Origin: an uncultured bacterium
GTDB lineage: Bacteria; Fidelibacterota; Marinisomatia; Marinisomatales; JAHJCW01
Direction: 5' to 3'
Assembly: GCA_965369995.1 (NCBI GenBank)
Contig: CBDURO010000007.1
Span: 860 to 64,859 of the forward strand
Length of the DNA stretch: 64,000 nt
Positions 1-10,111 of the stretch are shown one piece after another. Below the pieces are notes generated by a model. That model was not told the origin of the DNA. It searched no databases and saw only the letters and a program-made list of their open reading frames with translations. How positions within the stretch are numbered: the first letter of the stretch is position 1; the number at the start of each line of letters is the position of its first letter. Position numbers and translations under genes: made by a program.

Positions 1-1488
1 TAAAAACGCCTTACCCTTAGGCATAAATAGGATAAAAACAGTATGCCAGATTACTGTGAGTGTAAATACAACAGCTGAAATTCTATGTATTAACCCTCTC
101 AATTCAAATCCACGTTCCCATCCAAAGAAGAATTCAGATATCCAGGCATCACTAAATCTTAAAGCAAATCCTGATATAGCTAAAACCATGAAGCTTAGCA
201 TTATTAATGTGTGCTGCCACACTTCATGAGTTCTCATTCTTCTTACTTGTTGTTTACGCATTGAATTCACAATTTGCCGAATTAGATCAATAATCCAGTG
301 TATTATCATAAATCCAATAATCACTATTATTGCTAAAATATATATTTTTTCAATTACATCAGCTACCGGAGTACGTAAACCCTCATCATTAATTCCATGG
401 ATTGGGGCTGCTGCTAACCTATCCGATATTTTGGGATGACACTCACCACACGTTTGCTTAAGGTTGGCAGGATGAATTGAAGATGTCTCATCGGTGCTTG
501 GCAGTATTCTGTGCACACCATGGCAACTCGCACAATTAGCAACATGCGTATCACCGGATTTACTTTTTAATCCATGATAACTGTCTATAAATGTTTTTAA
601 TCTCGCAGTGGGAAGACCATATTTTTCATTAAGCCTGGCAGAATCGTGGCATGGCGAACAAGTCATTTCAGCTACTTTTGATTTTGAAACGGGAGAACGT
701 GGATCATCCGGAGATAGTATTCCATGTTCACCATGACAGCTTGTACATACCGGAGTATCAGTTTCTCCTCTTGCCGCCAATTTCCCATGAATTCCATCCC
801 AATAATCTTTTTCAATGCCTTTATGGCATTTACCACAAGTTTTAGGAATATTGAAGTGATTAATTGTTGATTCAGGATGACCCGGGGAGTAAATCTTATG
901 TGCTGTTTCCCCTGTTGAATGACAATCATTACATGTAGCTGCAACATAAATACCACCCATAGATGCTTGCCCGTGTACACTTTTTTCATATATTTGTACT
1001 GGATGATCAATTAATATTTCATATTTTATTGTAAGATCAAGATCTTCATGACACCTTCCGCAAGTGCTCGGTAAATTTGTAGGATGTGCCATGGAATTTC
1101 TATCTTCACTCGGAAGAATATTATGATTACCGTGACAGTCCATACACTGGGGCATATCTTCACATTCACCAACTGATGCCATACCATGTGCCTGATACTC
1201 CTCTGCTGCATCTTCATGACAATCTCTACAGCCTTGGCAACCAACTTTAAAGTCAGTATTCTCAGGATGCGGATCAGTGTCTTTATCGGTATGACAATCT
1301 AAACACCCAAAACCATCATGGATCGACTTAGATATATCCATTTCGATATCTGTACCATAAATGCTCTCTTCATGGCAATCCACACAGGAATCTTCATCAA
1401 TATATTCATACTCTTCGTCTTGAGAAAACAAAAATAACACTGGTATTAATAGAATATAGGGTAGTATTAACTTATTTAATTTTAACAT
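1..1488 (-). CDS. Multiheme cytochrome c / cytochrome b fusion (CbcL-like), 3' end outside window
   Basis: Absent from the ORF track because it has no stop in the window. Hand translation from ATG 1488 gives signal peptide MLKLNKLILPYILLIPVLFLFSQ and 11 CxxCH motifs (CVDCH…CGECH). TM helices with His follow (WQHTLIMLSFMVLAISGF, LIHRISAVVF), typical of FdnI/HydC-type cytochrome b. Confidence 0.9.
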   Translation of the reverse strand, partial: MLKLNKLILPYILLIPVLFLFSQDEEYEYIDEDSCVDCHEESIYGTDIEMDISKSIHDGFGCLDCHTDKDTDPHPENTDFKVGCQGCRDCHEDAAEEYQAHGMASVGECEDMPQCMDCHGNHNILPSEDRNSMAHPTNLPSTCGRCHEDLDLTIKYEILIDHPVQIYEKSVHGQASMGGIYVAATCNDCHSTGETAHKIYSPGHPESTINHFNIPKTCGKCHKGIEKDYWDGIHGKLAARGETDTPVCTSCHGEHGILSPDDPRSPVSKSKVAEMTCSPCHDSARLNEKYGLPTARLKTFIDSYHGLKSKSGDTHVANCASCHGVHRILPSTDETSSIHPANLKQTCGECHPKISDRLAAAPIHGINDEGLRTPVADVIEKIYILAIIVIIGFMIIHWIIDLIRQIVNSMRKQQVRRMRTHEVWQHTLIMLSFMVLAISGFALRFSDAWISEFFFGWERGFELRGLIHRISAVVFTLTVIWHTVFILFMPKGKAFL

Positions 1489-1511
1489 AATTGAGCCATC
1501 CTGATTTTTTA

Positions 1512-3494
1512 TTAATTTAAGATTTGACCGATTATATTTTGGTATTGATTTAATAAACCTATAATCAAATCTATATTATGAACACCCACGCTTTTATCAT
1601 TTTCTATTTTTTCGATTCCATATCTAATAGAATCGATTTTTTGGCGACTTGTTTTATCAAGATCATAATAAACAAAATTTGATAGAGCATTCTTTATTTC
1701 AGCAATCTTTGATTCAGTTTCATCTTGCCATTTTTCCATCAAGTCATCATATTCATCTTCATGACAATTACTACAATTTCGAGCATGCTCTTTAGTAATT
1801 ATTTGATCATCATCTTCGTGGCAGTCTTGGCATTCTACATCAGAATCAAACATGATGTCAGGAAGAACTGCCTCTGAGATTTCTATCGTGCCATCATAAA
1901 TATGTGTTTGTGTTTGATGACATTTTTCGCAATCAGTTTCTTCCTGTGAATGATGACACGACAAACACGCATTACGTGATATAATTGTTTCGCCATGAGT
2001 ATTTTGATTTGAGTGGCAAGTAAGGCATGATAAATTATTCTTTTGTATATGTGTAGCATGATCAAATTGTATTCCAAATATCTCTACCTTTATTCCTTCT
2101 TGTCCATAATGACAATTTTGACAATCAGAAGGTGTAATACTATTGTATAATTCCAGTGATGGTAATACGGTATCCGAGTTTATAAGCTGTAATATATTAT
2201 TTAAATTATTATAAGATTGGAGGAGCAACTCATCGGAATAGACGACATTATGTACTACATTCCCGGTGTTAACAATTTGATAATTATAACGTGCTTCTTC
2301 TAAAAGTTTTGTCACTTCTTCGTTTTTTGTAATTATTCCTTTATTATTTAACAAGTTACTTACAATATTCAAACCACGCTCAACCAAACTTAATTTTTCT
2401 TTCATGGTCTCTTTCCAAGCCTCATATAAATAGCTATAGCCCTGGCCATGACATTTTTCGCAAGATTTTCCGTTAGCTAATGTTTTACCTGTTATGCCAA
2501 ATTCTGATACATGATATATATGACAGGCTTGACAATTTAACCCTGCTGCAAACATAGAACTTGGGTGATTATTTACGTTTTTCCCGCCTGTTCCAGAAAA
2601 GAGATCTATTTGAGCCTGATGTGGTGTTTTATGACATCCTTGGCATTCGGGGAAGATATCCTTTGTACGAGCGATTGATTTATGCTGAATTGGGAGATGA
2701 CAATTTTCACATTCAACTTTATGATCAGTTACATGCATTTTGTGGATAAATTCATCATCAGATATTTGTTCAATTTTCCCAATATCGGCGTGACAAGTAT
2801 TACATCTACTTTCTAGCACTGCTCCATCTCCTACAACCATTTTCCCGTGGCAGCTTATACAATCAATATTATTATCCACTATAAAGATATGGTCATAGTC
2901 CGGCACTGAATCATTTACGGCTACGGGAGTAGTATGACACCATGTACAATCATTGATTGGTTCTTCTTCCTGTGGATTCTTAAAGTGACATAAGAAACAG
3001 GTGGATTCAGTTACTGTCATATGCTCACCTTGCACAATTTGTGAATGACAACTTGTACAACGTAATTCCTTATTTCGGCGTAGATCATTCAAATGAGAAT
3101 TATGATTGAAATGAATATTTTGCTTAAAGATTACATCTTCATTTAATTGTTGTTCTACGTGGCAACCCGATCGCAAGCAACTTGCATCATCAATTTCTGC
3201 CCAAGGTTTACTTTTTTTGTACACACCGGTAAAATAATTAACTACCATTGATGCGGCAGTTAATTTCCCCTTAAGCTTTGATTTTATACCCGGCGGAAAA
3301 TGACAATCAGTACAGGTTACTTCAGAATGAGTAGAAGTTTTCCATGCCTCAACATAGGGCTCCATAAAATGACATGAGGAGCAAAAGTTTGGCTTTGATG
3401 TTAATTCTGCAGCTCCATATAACAATAATATTAATAGTGTTATACTTACAAGAGAGATAAGTAATATTTTAGTGAATTTTCCGATACGACTCAT
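1512..3494 (-). CDS. Membrane-anchored multiheme cytochrome c with NapC/NirT/NrfH-like N-terminus (17 CxxCH + 1 CX4CH)
   Basis: N-terminal TM helix, CSSCHFM (CxxCHxM) and 'W..S.H..V.C.DCH' NapC/NrfH signature; motifs counted by hand. Confidence 0.88.
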   Translation of the reverse strand: MSRIGKFTKILLISLVSITLLILLLYGAAELTSKPNFCSSCHFMEPYVEAWKTSTHSEVTCTDCHFPPGIKSKLKGKLTAASMVVNYFTGVYKKSKPWAEIDDASCLRSGCHVEQQLNEDVIFKQNIHFNHNSHLNDLRRNKELRCTSCHSQIVQGEHMTVTESTCFLCHFKNPQEEEPINDCTWCHTTPVAVNDSVPDYDHIFIVDNNIDCISCHGKMVVGDGAVLESRCNTCHADIGKIEQISDDEFIHKMHVTDHKVECENCHLPIQHKSIARTKDIFPECQGCHKTPHQAQIDLFSGTGGKNVNNHPSSMFAAGLNCQACHIYHVSEFGITGKTLANGKSCEKCHGQGYSYLYEAWKETMKEKLSLVERGLNIVSNLLNNKGIITKNEEVTKLLEEARYNYQIVNTGNVVHNVVYSDELLLQSYNNLNNILQLINSDTVLPSLELYNSITPSDCQNCHYGQEGIKVEIFGIQFDHATHIQKNNLSCLTCHSNQNTHGETIISRNACLSCHHSQEETDCEKCHQTQTHIYDGTIEISEAVLPDIMFDSDVECQDCHEDDDQIITKEHARNCSNCHEDEYDDLMEKWQDETESKIAEIKNALSNFVYYDLDKTSRQKIDSIRYGIEKIENDKSVGVHNIDLIIGLLNQYQNIIGQILN

Positions 3495-3500
3495 TGGAAA

Positions 3501-5996
3501 TTATCCAAATGAACCAAATATGATTAGGATTAATAAAATCATTCCTATAATTAGAAATGTATATCCAATGATGAAATATAATATCTTAATCCACCTTGGC
3601 AATGGAGGTACTAATTTTGCTTTATAATCGATCTTTGATAAGTCTTTAAGTTCTAATGATCTTTCATCTTTAAACTTACCTTCCGGCACTCTGCCGGTAA
3701 ATATGACCTCATCCATAGGGAATGCACCCGGTCGTAGATGAGTATTAAAGAAATGCACTACAAATATAAAGCCGGTTGCTAATAATGCTTCTTCTGAATG
3801 AATAATATGGGCTGCATTAATTAACCAACCGGGGAATAGCCGTGAAATAAACTCAGGGAACCATAATGTTAACCCAGAGGACCCAATTATTAACATGCCC
3901 CAAACTACCGCAAAATAATCAAATTTCTCCCAATACGTCCAACGCCCCCAAGCCGGTTCTTCTTTTTTGATACCAAGGAAATAAACAATATGATTAAAGA
4001 AATCTTTAATATCTTGCCATTGTGGTACTAGACTATCCGGACCTTTAAAGATTCCTTTTTGCTTCTTTATAAATGCCTTATATAATATTTTAACAAAATG
4101 AAATAGAAACACCACACCCATTGTAAATGCAGCAATTCTATGTAGCAACGCAGCCTGCTCAAATCCAATAACATTATGAACCAACCAGGTTGCCATTTCC
4201 GAATGTGCATATTTTAAAGGGAGACCTGTTCCCGCTAATATCAAAAATGATAGCGCCATTAAGAAATGTAATGATCGCTCAAAGACAGCAAATCTTTCCA
4301 CCCGCAATTTTGTTTTAACCGGTTTTTTAATTGGTCCGTGTTTAATACGTTTAATTGATAATCTAACTAACCAAAGTACTGTATGACTGCCAAAAATAGT
4401 TAATACGACACCGAGCAACCATAACATAAAAGTATTTATCCAGTCTAAGACTCGATTTTCTGATTTAGTATGCGGAGTATAATGTTGTAAGTACTGAACA
4501 AAGTTTTCATTAACATTTTTGTGACATTGAGCACAGGTTTTAAGAATATTTTCTTTCCCCACGGATGACTCAGGATTATCACTTGGCAGTATTGAGTGAT
4601 TATCATGACATGATACACAGGTGGCGAACTTCTCTCCCTGATATCCGAGTTGATACATTTGACCATGATACGAAGTCTCATATCCTTCTACTACATCAGG
4701 ATTTAATTGGAATCGCATCGTTAGTTCGCGATCACCATGACATCGACTACATAATTCAATCACAGACTGTCCGAAAAATTGTTCGTCTGCTTTGCCTATC
4801 CGCCTTTCATCATGACAATCAACACAACCCGGCGCTTCTAAATGACCTCTTGCTCGTGTAACATAATGAGAAGAATTTTCGTATTGTTCCTGTTGTTCTC
4901 GGTGGCAGTCTGCACATGATTTTTCTAAAGCCCGATCATGTTCATGATCAGGTGCCATATAATGGTAGGTATGACAATCGCCACAATTGGATTCCTCGCC
5001 CATCGCAACTTTCGTAATCTCTTCCCGATGGATTGCTCCATGTGCCTTGTCTTCTTCTACAATTAAACTTCCTTCATGACATCTTATACATACCTCATCA
5101 AGTTTGATGTCAAACACAGTAGTTACTGCATCACCTTTCATCTCGGTTTGGTGCCCTGTGTGACAAACAACACAAGTTTCCAGTCTTAGATCTTCACCTG
5201 TTTGTGGTCTATGAACTGAAATATCGTATCCTATATGACAATTCATACACACAATATCAAGTTTTGCTACTGATACAATGCTTTCCTGATCCCTTGGAGA
5301 CAAAATACGATGAGTTGCGTGACAATCAGTACATATAGGTGCTTTTAGATTTCCTGATACAACTTGCCGATAATGAGCGCTATTATCATAATTTTGGACT
5401 TCTTGAGAATGACAGCCCCTGCATTCTTCGGTTATATGAATTTTCCATTCGTTTTCAGAATAATGTGATCGTTCATCTTTATCATGAGGTGAATGACAGG
5501 ATACACAGGTAAGATTATCACTTTCATTGGGAATCCCCCAATGAGCGGAGTGTAGAAAATCATCGAGAATATCATTATGGCATAGACCACAAACTTGGCG
5601 CGGTTCTCCTTTCCACGACACATTATGTGTTCCGTGACAATCAGTACAGGTCGGGATTGTAGTATAACCCTTTTCCCTTAAAGGTTTAAAAAAGTGATCA
5701 ATAAATTCTTCTTGAGCCCCCTCATGACAATTCCCGCAGAATGGTAATTCTAAATTTGCATCGTGGGGATAGTCCTCAATACCGTATAGATCTTCATGAC
5801 AATCTATACATTCAAATCCTTCATGTGGAGACTTATCTAAATGTTCCTCGGTTACATATAACGATATTTCGATGCCACGCCGAATTTTGACAAGTGTATC
5901 ATCATCATGACAACTAAGACAATCGTCATTGTCCTGACTAAATAGAAAAAGGGGGAAACCTAATATTAACACCCATCTTTTAAGGTTCCCCTTCAT
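3501..5996 (-). CDS. Multiheme cytochrome c (17 CxxCH) fused to cytochrome b membrane domain (CbcL-like)
   Basis: Signal peptide, 17 CxxCH. The C-terminal ERSLHFLM…LLHRIAA…GRWTYWEKFDYFAVVWG…IIHSEEALLA…VVHFFNTH is typical of FdnI-like cytochrome b domains. Confidence 0.9.
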   Translation of the reverse strand: MKGNLKRWVLILGFPLFLFSQDNDDCLSCHDDDTLVKIRRGIEISLYVTEEHLDKSPHEGFECIDCHEDLYGIEDYPHDANLELPFCGNCHEGAQEEFIDHFFKPLREKGYTTIPTCTDCHGTHNVSWKGEPRQVCGLCHNDILDDFLHSAHWGIPNESDNLTCVSCHSPHDKDERSHYSENEWKIHITEECRGCHSQEVQNYDNSAHYRQVVSGNLKAPICTDCHATHRILSPRDQESIVSVAKLDIVCMNCHIGYDISVHRPQTGEDLRLETCVVCHTGHQTEMKGDAVTTVFDIKLDEVCIRCHEGSLIVEEDKAHGAIHREEITKVAMGEESNCGDCHTYHYMAPDHEHDRALEKSCADCHREQQEQYENSSHYVTRARGHLEAPGCVDCHDERRIGKADEQFFGQSVIELCSRCHGDRELTMRFQLNPDVVEGYETSYHGQMYQLGYQGEKFATCVSCHDNHSILPSDNPESSVGKENILKTCAQCHKNVNENFVQYLQHYTPHTKSENRVLDWINTFMLWLLGVVLTIFGSHTVLWLVRLSIKRIKHGPIKKPVKTKLRVERFAVFERSLHFLMALSFLILAGTGLPLKYAHSEMATWLVHNVIGFEQAALLHRIAAFTMGVVFLFHFVKILYKAFIKKQKGIFKGPDSLVPQWQDIKDFFNHIVYFLGIKKEEPAWGRWTYWEKFDYFAVVWGMLIIGSSGLTLWFPEFISRLFPGWLINAAHIIHSEEALLATGFIFVVHFFNTHLRPGAFPMDEVIFTGRVPEGKFKDERSLELKDLSKIDYKAKLVPPLPRWIKILYFIIGYTFLIIGMILLILIIFGSFG

Positions 5997-6023
5997 AGAT
6001 TGAATTATATTATATTATATCAA

Positions 6024-6611
6024 TTATTCTGTTTCAGGAATTGGGTGAGCAATTTTGGCTTTATATTCTTCATAATTGAATGATTTAAAAGTTGGACTTC
6101 CATCGTTATGACAAACAGTACAAGTTTCTTCGGTTATTGATAATAAACCAAAATCTGTTCCATTTAAATCTCCGGTATAAATTCCTTGCATTGTTTTTTT
6201 TGATTTATACTTACTGCCCGGTCCATGGCAGGCTTCACATCCCACAGCTTGCAGACCATTCATACGTTTTACAGCTTTTACACCTGCTTTGTCTTCAGGT
6301 TCAGGATTCCAAAAATCAGCACATTTTACTTCATAACCACCGTTTCCAAAGCCTGTAGTATGGCATTTTAAACATTCAGGAGCTTTCCATGCCTCTATTT
6401 CAATTCCTTTTTCAGAAGCAATTTTTGCTGAACTTTCAGATTTTAATGTTTCAAACGATTTGGCATGCAAACTGGCTTCCCATTTTGCATATTGTTCTCC
6501 AGCATCAACTTTCTTGTGGCACATTTTACATTTCGCATTGCCAACAAATTTATAATCTTGGGCAAACAAACAAAATGTCAGACTAATCATAATTATTAAA
6601 AACTTTTTCAT
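6024..6611 (-). CDS. Periplasmic tetraheme cytochrome c (c554-like)
   Basis: Signal peptide; FVG..CKMCH…W..S.H, CLKCHTTG, VGCEACHGPGS, CTVCH; GGAG RBS. Confidence 0.85.
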   Translation of the reverse strand: MKKFLIIMISLTFCLFAQDYKFVGNAKCKMCHKKVDAGEQYAKWEASLHAKSFETLKSESSAKIASEKGIEIEAWKAPECLKCHTTGFGNGGYEVKCADFWNPEPEDKAGVKAVKRMNGLQAVGCEACHGPGSKYKSKKTMQGIYTGDLNGTDFGLLSITEETCTVCHNDGSPTFKSFNYEEYKAKIAHPIPETE

Positions 6612-6641
6612 GATTTCTCCATAAACTATTATATTAAATCT

Positions 6642-7028
6642 TTAATGACAGGTGAAACAACTTACTTTTGCAATCCCACCTTTTAGATCCTGTCCATGAC
6701 AGGATTCGCATCTCTTAATATCTTCTTTGCCGTGAAAGTTAGCACCGTCAGGCAATCCTACCCAAATACTAAATTCGGGGTGTCCACTTGGTCCTCCTGC
6801 ATGACATAGATAACACGAAATACCGCTTGATCCGCCAAAATAATCATGCTTTTCTACACCACCATGGCAAGATTTACATTCCGCTGTCCCGTTTACCGCA
6901 ATTTTTGCCATATGAGAATTTTCCGAATTCTGATCTGTCCAATTACTTGAATGCATTTCAGGTTCACCAAGCTTAGTACAGCCAGTTACAAGAAATATTA
7001 CTAAAGAGAATATAACTAATTTCTTCAT
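6642..7028 (-). CDS. Tetraheme cytochrome c lipoprotein
   Basis: Start re-assigned to ATG 7028 (AGGAGA RBS). Lipobox LVTG-C; 4 CxxCH, the last at the extreme C-terminus. Confidence 0.82.
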   Translation of the reverse strand: MKKLVIFSLVIFLVTGCTKLGEPEMHSSNWTDQNSENSHMAKIAVNGTAECKSCHGGVEKHDYFGGSSGISCYLCHAGGPSGHPEFSIWVGLPDGANFHGKEDIKRCESCHGQDLKGGIAKVSCFTCH

Positions 7029-7030
7029 AA

Positions 7031-7873
7031 TCAATCTCCTGTATGGCATTTTAAGCATGATGAATCTCTTGACGGCAAATGACAAGTCACACATAGTTCA
7101 GCTTCGCTTTGAGCAAATTCGCCATGCAAACCTCCATCTGTCAAACTAACCCAATTATAAAAATTATGATTCATGGGCATAACTTGATTCTCAACATGAC
7201 AGGAATAACAATCCTTAATAATTTCATGGCAAGTTGTACATTCCAAAACTCCGGCTTTTGCTTCAAAACCATGGGTAAATAAATAATCAATCGGATGTGT
7301 TTCCGGCGTGAACTGTTGAAGTTGATGACACTCTTCACAACTATTAGTAGTATGACACAATGAACAATTATCATCGGTACTTGCGTTCATTTCGGCACCA
7401 TGGAATTGTTCCCAAGCGAAATCGTGACTCTGCGGCGGTTCCTCTAAATCTTTGTGGCAGGCGAAACAATCTCCCTCATTCCAGGTGTTTGGTAAACCAA
7501 TTTCGTCATCATCATAAATATAACTATGACATTTACTACAATCATCAGATTCTGTTAAATGAACTGAGTGTGAAAAACCAAGTCCACTCACTATCCAACT
7601 TTCGCTGAAAGGCAACGGATCATCAGGATTGCTGTGGCAATATTCGCAAGCGTCATCGGCAGTATCACCATCATGACACTGTAAACATAAATCCATTTCA
7701 GGGAAAATATCCCAAGAAGGTCCATCAGCTTCCCTTACACCAGCATGACATTCTTCACATGTTAAATCCATATCATCAACATGCAAACTGTGTTGGAAGA
7801 GGATTCGGTCTTGACTTTGACCAAAAAGAAGAATTAAAGGAAAAAGAATTATTGTAATCTTAGAACGCCACAT
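7031..7873 (-). CDS. Periplasmic 11-heme cytochrome c (c3/c7-like repeats)
   Basis: Signal peptide; F.H..H…CxxCH repeats; 11 CxxCH. Confidence 0.88.
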   Translation of the reverse strand: MWRSKITIILFPLILLFGQSQDRILFQHSLHVDDMDLTCEECHAGVREADGPSWDIFPEMDLCLQCHDGDTADDACEYCHSNPDDPLPFSESWIVSGLGFSHSVHLTESDDCSKCHSYIYDDDEIGLPNTWNEGDCFACHKDLEEPPQSHDFAWEQFHGAEMNASTDDNCSLCHTTNSCEECHQLQQFTPETHPIDYLFTHGFEAKAGVLECTTCHEIIKDCYSCHVENQVMPMNHNFYNWVSLTDGGLHGEFAQSEAELCVTCHLPSRDSSCLKCHTGD

Positions 7874-9050
7874 TTATTATAATACCTCCTCTCCCGTCTT
7901 GCTTAAAATAGGGGTTAGTTGAAAATCGTCCGAACAATTTCAACATTATAAAATCTTTAGGTTGCCAACCAACCCATCCATATGCACCTGTGGATTGTTT
8001 TAAATCTGCAAAATCTCCATAATCTAAAGCATTTAACGCGACACTGCCCCCAAAACTTAAAGGACCTTTAAGTCGATGTGTGGCTCCTAAAATCAGTCCA
8101 AACATTTTATTATCACCTTCTATTCCACCTAAAAATGATGCTTGGACCTTTTTGTAATTAACTGAACTAACTAAAAAACTTTTTCCCTCTTCCGCAACTC
8201 GATATGAAATCTGATTGCGCCATAACATTTGCGGTGAAATCAGCGAATTAACATCCAAGGTGATAGTAGGAGCAATATTAATCTTGTCACTTAATGATTC
8301 AAAATAACTAAAATATTCAAATCTTTTTTGTCGGAAACCGATACCGACTGTGTGGTCTCCAAAGCGCTTGCTGAGGCGGATCCTTGCATAATTTAATTTT
8401 GTTTCACCAATATCAAAAGCTAGAGCATTAGAAATGCGGATTCCAAATTTGGACGTGTTAAAATACAATCCGGTGAATGGATGAATTTCATCAGCATCAC
8501 CTTTCATCCAAAATGATACAGCTACGTTTTTACCAATCCGCCCCTTTGACCAAGATGCCATGAAATACGTATTATCTGTGAACAATGTATCACTAAAATC
8601 CGTAACTGCTTTTAAACCACCAACCAAACTAAGCGTACCTAATTTTTTAGTATTTATATCAAACTGTGCGCCATCTACTCGTGCATTTTGTAAGGCGTTC
8701 CATATTGCAATGCGACCAATACTAAGTTGATAATTCCATAGATTTAGGTCTGCTGTTAAATGATGAATGCGGAGAGGATTACGAAAATGATTATTTTCAG
8801 AACCATACTCAAATAATCCATCTATTCCAAATTTACTACCGAATTTTTGATCATAACTAAGTATACTGCGCCAATGCAATTGTTCCTCAGTCTCCATCAT
8901 ACTTAGGCGTGGATACAAAGCGGATGATGAAATTTTGATATTCGGTTTTGAACCAAATACACTTGAAACGTTTAGAATAACAATCAACAAAAGGAGCTTC
9001 GTTAACAAAATTAGTTTTCTATTAGTTTTCAATTTTAAGTATTTCATCAT
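7860..9050 (-). CDS. Putative outer-membrane beta-barrel (porin of a porin-cytochrome conduit)
   Basis: Signal peptide, alternating amphipathic strands, C-terminal 'GGIIINVAF' ending in Phe, no Cys; overlaps the start of the 11-heme cytochrome. Confidence 0.65.
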   Translation of the reverse strand: MMKYLKLKTNRKLILLTKLLLLIVILNVSSVFGSKPNIKISSSALYPRLSMMETEEQLHWRSILSYDQKFGSKFGIDGLFEYGSENNHFRNPLRIHHLTADLNLWNYQLSIGRIAIWNALQNARVDGAQFDINTKKLGTLSLVGGLKAVTDFSDTLFTDNTYFMASWSKGRIGKNVAVSFWMKGDADEIHPFTGLYFNTSKFGIRISNALAFDIGETKLNYARIRLSKRFGDHTVGIGFRQKRFEYFSYFESLSDKINIAPTITLDVNSLISPQMLWRNQISYRVAEEGKSFLVSSVNYKKVQASFLGGIEGDNKMFGLILGATHRLKGPLSFGGSVALNALDYGDFADLKQSTGAYGWVGWQPKDFIMLKLFGRFSTNPYFKQDGRGGIIINVAF

Positions 9051-9101
9051 CCGCCTGTATTTATTTATGTAATGAGATTACTACTAACTAATCAATTAAG
9101 T

Positions 9102-10082
9102 TTATAAACCTGTTTCGTAATCGAGTTCAGCAGGAGCAGACCATTTGCCTTTTTGAAGGTCATCATAAATCATTCCGTTGGCAGCATACTTAAGAGTTCT
9201 TGCATCATAACCAAGCACATTTAACCATGCCGCTATCATAGAAGCCTCTTGACCAGACCAACAGGTAAATACATTCGTTGCATTTGGGTCCAAAATGTCC
9301 AGATTATCAAGACCTAATTCGTGAGGTGTAACTTGATATGAACCTGTAACACTTCCATATGTATCCCAATCGGCTTTAGCCCAGTAAGTATATACATCAA
9401 AGGCTTCATAAGCTGCCAGTACTTCCGTGTTTAATACAAAATTAAGACCATCCAGCACTGCATCGTTAATCCGCTTGTCCAGAATTGCGGCACCATCTTC
9501 GAGACCGGTTTCTAATTCAGGTGTTTCAGCAAAGCTTGGGAGATCTGGTGTTGAATCATCATAGCTCCAACTACCAGGATAGTCGTTTGCTTTATTATCT
9601 ATACCCCCAGCCCATATATTGAAATCGCTATGCCAGCTACTCATTCCCCATTTCAATATTTTTGCAGTAGACACACCACTCAGGCGAAGAGCAATGACAG
9701 CATGAGACGCATCATGACCTGTGTAACATACAACTACTACAGGCAAATTGCCCGCGTTGTTTGCAGCTTCGTACGTTACCACGTCAGCAAAAGCAACACT
9801 GCGAGCTCCTGAAACATGACCATCTTCAAAATCCGGAGTACCATTAGAGTTTTTGTCACCTTTACGGATATCCATCACGAAGTAAACACTGGGGTCACCA
9901 TTAAGAGCTGGTGCAAGAATTGTCCAGGCTGATAACATTGCTGGAAGATCCAAGTTATTATCTGCCATGTATTCAGTCAGTACATTAAATTCATTTATTG
10001 AATCTTCATCTTTTTCACAGCCAACCATAAAGACCATAAATACCGCAATCATAATGAAGAACAAGATTCTGTTAGTTTTCAT
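9102..10082 (-). CDS. Tandem-rhodanese (sulfurtransferase) lipoprotein
   Basis: Start re-assigned to ATG 10082. Lipobox FMVG-C; 'VMDIR…DFEDGHVSGA', active-site loops VVVVCYTGH and VFTCWSGQ, 'LKWGMSSW'. Confidence 0.85.
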   Translation of the reverse strand: MKTNRILFFIMIAVFMVFMVGCEKDEDSINEFNVLTEYMADNNLDLPAMLSAWTILAPALNGDPSVYFVMDIRKGDKNSNGTPDFEDGHVSGARSVAFADVVTYEAANNAGNLPVVVVCYTGHDASHAVIALRLSGVSTAKILKWGMSSWHSDFNIWAGGIDNKANDYPGSWSYDDSTPDLPSFAETPELETGLEDGAAILDKRINDAVLDGLNFVLNTEVLAAYEAFDVYTYWAKADWDTYGSVTGSYQVTPHELGLDNLDILDPNATNVFTCWSGQEASMIAAWLNVLGYDARTLKYAANGMIYDDLQKGKWSAPAELDYETGL

Positions 10083-10111
10083 GTGTTTGTTTTTTCCTAT
10101 TTTGTTTATTA

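Noticed and set aside
7031-7033. Sec read-through at the TGA ending the 11-heme cytochrome
   Set aside because: A second in-frame TGA follows two codons later and the next gene is in another frame.
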